From positions 30,118-94,117 of the IMG/VR virus record IMGVR_UViG_3300045988_005108: a stretch of DNA of 64,000 nucleotides; one strand, given 5' to 3'. The position numbers and the translations under genes are program-made. The DNA is from a virus. The notes beneath the pieces were generated by a model, which saw only the letters and a program-made list of their open reading frames with translations, did no database searches and was not told the origin of the DNA. Numbering within the stretch: position 1 is the stretch's first letter; each line of letters opens with the position of its first letter. Shown here in pieces: positions 61,110 to 64,000 of the stretch.

Positions 61110-63548
61110 TTGAAGTATATGGGATATGAAATGATAAACTTGCCTCCACAGCAACTTCCCTTCAGTAAGAAAAATAAAGCTTGGAGGAAGAAGCACTTGG
61201 ATTGGGCAGACAGTAAGACCTTCTTCAATTATAGCTTAGTTAGAAAATCTGTAATACATAAGAAAATTAACTATGACTTGCTCAATGGTAAACTCCACAT
61301 GAGTGACCTTGAGATGATACTGAATCCTGAGAAGCTACAGGCAGGTTTCATACCTGATAGGATTCAACACTATCCTATTATGAATAGTAAGTTGAATGTG
61401 CTTAGAGGTGAGGAAAGTAAGAGAGTCTTTGACTTTAAAGTAGTAGTTACTAATCCTAATGCTATTACAGAAATAGAGAATAACAAGAAGCAAGAATTAC
61501 TACAGAAGCTACAAGAGTGGGTATCTAATACTTCTCAGTCAGAGGAAGAGGCTAACCAGGAGCTTGAAAAGATAAATGACTATTACAGTTATGAGTGGCA
61601 GGACATGAGGGAAATTAGGGCTAATGCCTTATTAAACCATTATATAAAGGAGTTGAATGTTCCTTTAATGTTCAATCAAGGGTTCATGGATGCAATGGCA
61701 GTTGGTGAAGAAATTTACCAATGTGATATTGTAGGAGGTGAGCCTACTATTGAGAGATTGAATCCACTTAAAGTAAGAATCTTTAAATCAGGATATAGCA
61801 ATAAGATTGAGGATGCAGATATGATAATCCTTGAAGATTTTTGGAGTCCAGGCAAAGTCATTGATACCTATTATGATGTATTGACAAAGAAAGACATGGA
61901 GTACATAGAGAAGATGCCTGACCATGTAGGTCAAGCTGCTACAGACTCTATGGATAATATAGATGAGAGATATGGCTTTGTCAATAACCACATGGTAGGG
62001 GATGAAATAAGTACAGAGGGATTCTTTTGGGACCCATTAGGAGGGTATGATGGAGTTAATAATTCACTTCTTCCTTATGATGTTGCAGGAAACTTGAGAG
62101 TACTTAGAGTATATTGGAAGTCAAGGAGAAAGATTAAGAAGGTAAGAAGTTATGACCCTCAAACAGGTGAAGAAGTATTTAACTTCTACCCAGAGACTTA
62201 TGTAATAGATAAGAATGCTGGGGAAGAAGAGCAAATATTCTACATCAATGAAGCATGGGAAGGAACTAAGATTGGTACAGACATTTATGTCAATATGAGA
62301 CCAAGAGTAGTTCAATATAACAGATTAAGCAACCCTTCAAGATGTCACTTTGGAATTGTAGGCTCTATTTATAACCTTAATGATAACAGACCATTCAGTT
62401 TAGTAGACATGATGAAGCCATATAACTATTTGTATGATGCAATACATGATAGATTGAATAAACTGATAGCAAGAAACTGGGGTTCATTAGTTAGACTTGA
62501 CTTTGCCAAAAAGCCTAAAGAATGGGATGTAGAGAAGTGGTTATACTATGCAAAGACAATGGGTCTTGCAGTAGAAGACAGCTTCAATGAGGGTAATGTA
62601 GGTGCAGCTACAGGTAAACTTGCAGGTGCATTAAACAATGCTTCCACTGGTGTAATTACAGCTTCTGATGGTAATCAGATACAGCAATACATTAATCTTC
62701 TTGAGTTTATCAAGATGGAAATGGCAGAAGTTGCTGGTATTACCAAGCAAAGAGAAGGTCAGGTAAGTAATAGAGAGACAGTAGGTGGAGTAGAGAGAGC
62801 TACCCTCCAGTCTTCTCACATTACAGAGTGGCTATTTGTAGTACATGAGGATGTCAAGAAGAGAGCATTAGAGTGTTTGCTTGAAACAGCTAAGATAGCA
62901 TTAAGAGGTAGAAGCAAGAAGTTCCAATACATCTTATCAGATAATTCAATGAGAGTTATGGAGATAGATGGTGATGAATTTGCAGAAGCTGATCATGGTC
63001 TTGTAGTGGATAATAGTAATGGTATACAAGAGCTTAATCAGAAATTAGATACTTTAGCTCAGGCAGCATTGCAGAACCAGACTCTATCATTCTCAACTAT
63101 TATGAAGTTATTCAGTTCATCTTCACTTGCTGAAAAGCAAAGACTTGTTGAAAAGGATGAAAGAAGTATCCAAGAGAGACAAGCCCAAGCACAGCAACAG
63201 CAGTTGCAAGTACAACAGCAAGAGATAGAACAGAAGGCTCAAATGGAACAAGCTAAGATGCAGCAGGAAGATACTCTTAACCAAAGAGATAATGAGACAA
63301 AGATTCTTATTGCACAGATGCAAGCCTATAGCAAGAATAGTGAAGATGATGGCATAATAGAGCCTGAGTATTCACAAGAGGCTAAGGATAAGCTCATGGA
63401 ATCAATGAGACAGTTTGATGAAAGAATTAAGCTTGATAGGGAAAGATTGGAGTTTGATAAAGATAAGGCAAGGTCTGATGCAAAACTTAAAGAAAAGCAG
63501 ATAAACAAAACAACTCAAAAAAAAAATCAGATAAATGAGAAGATTTAG
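61110..63548 (+). CDS. Portal protein
   Basis: 812-aa ORF directly after terL; C-terminal Gln/Glu/Lys-rich coiled coil; track start is TTG, alternative ATGs at 61119 and 61131. Confidence 0.6.
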   Translation: MKYMGYEMINLPPQQLPFSKKNKAWRKKHLDWADSKTFFNYSLVRKSVIHKKINYDLLNGKLHMSDLEMILNPEKLQAGFIPDRIQHYPIMNSKLNVLRGEESKRVFDFKVVVTNPNAITEIENNKKQELLQKLQEWVSNTSQSEEEANQELEKINDYYSYEWQDMREIRANALLNHYIKELNVPLMFNQGFMDAMAVGEEIYQCDIVGGEPTIERLNPLKVRIFKSGYSNKIEDADMIILEDFWSPGKVIDTYYDVLTKKDMEYIEKMPDHVGQAATDSMDNIDERYGFVNNHMVGDEISTEGFFWDPLGGYDGVNNSLLPYDVAGNLRVLRVYWKSRRKIKKVRSYDPQTGEEVFNFYPETYVIDKNAGEEEQIFYINEAWEGTKIGTDIYVNMRPRVVQYNRLSNPSRCHFGIVGSIYNLNDNRPFSLVDMMKPYNYLYDAIHDRLNKLIARNWGSLVRLDFAKKPKEWDVEKWLYYAKTMGLAVEDSFNEGNVGAATGKLAGALNNASTGVITASDGNQIQQYINLLEFIKMEMAEVAGITKQREGQVSNRETVGGVERATLQSSHITEWLFVVHEDVKKRALECLLETAKIALRGRSKKFQYILSDNSMRVMEIDGDEFAEADHGLVVDNSNGIQELNQKLDTLAQAALQNQTLSFSTIMKLFSSSSLAEKQRLVEKDERSIQERQAQAQQQQLQVQQQEIEQKAQMEQAKMQQEDTLNQRDNETKILIAQMQAYSKNSEDDGIIEPEYSQEAKDKLMESMRQFDERIKLDRERLEFDKDKARSDAKLKEKQINKTTQKKNQINEKI

Positions 63549-63642
63549 AGATATTGTAGAAGATATTAAAGCACCAAGTCCTCAAAGCCTATAGCTTGAT
63601 AACGGAAAACTGAAGTTCTTTGGAACTAAGGGATGGGTTTCA

Positions 63643-64000
63643 ATGGTAGGTGAAGGGGATGATGATAGGCAAGAGCTTGAGGAAAAAGTAGATAATCTTG
63701 ATAAAGAAGTAGGTAGTATACAGAAAGATGTAGCAGTGCTTAATAGTAAAGCTACAATAGAGCTTGAAATAGGTAATAGTGAAACTGTTAAAGCTAATAA
63801 CTTAGCTAAACTGCAAGCTATACAATCAGTAGACCATTTATTCTTTGCTGATATAGACTATGGCTATGGAGCAGCTAAGTGGTTATCTACTACAGGAGGT
63901 GAAGCTTTTATTGTAACAAGTAGTGGTAGAGCTGTTATTTATAATATAGGTAAGGATGGTTCAGTTACTAAAGCCAGTACTGACATAGACCTTACTAATC
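63643..64000 (+). CDS. Partial ORF (5' part) of a structural-module protein with coiled-coil N-terminus; start uncertain
   Basis: Open to the window end from ATG 63643 (MVGEGDDDRQELEEKVDNLDKEV...); the same frame is open upstream to ATG 63535 except for one TAG at 63592. Confidence 0.5.
   Translation, partial: MVGEGDDDRQELEEKVDNLDKEVGSIQKDVAVLNSKATIELEIGNSETVKANNLAKLQAIQSVDHLFFADIDYGYGAAKWLSTTGGEAFIVTSSGRAVIYNIGKDGSVTKASTDIDLTN

Noticed and set aside
1-64000. Scan for CRISPR arrays, rRNA genes, integrase/excisionase, transposases and attachment sites.
   Set aside because: No regularly spaced direct repeats, no rRNA-like conserved blocks, and no tyrosine or serine recombinase or DDE motifs were seen in any ORF. 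The element looks strictly lytic within this window.

Overview
AT-rich 64-kb fragment that looks like a crAss-like (Crassvirales-type) tailed phage of a Bacteroidetes host. This is judged only from gene content, motifs read by eye and hand-folded RNAs; no searches were run. Positions 40-50101 are almost entirely minus-strand genes. They include a giant virion-type RNA polymerase split into two ORFs by a LAGLIDADG endonuclease cassette, and a second giant protein. Then come nucleotide metabolism (ThyX, dUTPase, NrdD/NrdG, UDG) and replication genes (family-A DNA polymerase, DnaB-like and SF2 helicases, Toprim primase, nucleases, AAA ATPase). A lysis-like cluster and many small ORFs follow. A divergent control region (50102-50593) separates this block from a plus-strand block. 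That block holds about 26 tRNA genes invaded by two HNH ORFs, small genes (Dps-like, GroES-like, IHF-like), the large terminase and the portal. Most notable observations: (i) a minus-strand tmRNA (ssrA-like) gene with tag GNTSYRVAA at 44218-44597; (ii) an E1-like(ThiF)/JAB(JAMM) four-gene cassette inside the replication module (26648-31032); (iii) a group I intron carrying a GIY-YIG ORF that splits the AAA-ATPase gene, with P1/P10 pairings that predict an in-frame splice; (iv) six homing-endonuclease ORFs in 64 kb; (v) Bacteroidetes-type TTTG/TAnnTTTG promoters; (vi) candidate counter-defence or RNA-repair genes (2H phosphoesterase, PNK-like kinase, HicA-like). No rRNA, CRISPR array, integrase or transposase was seen. 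Coordinates of hand-called RNAs and motifs may be off by 1-2 nt.
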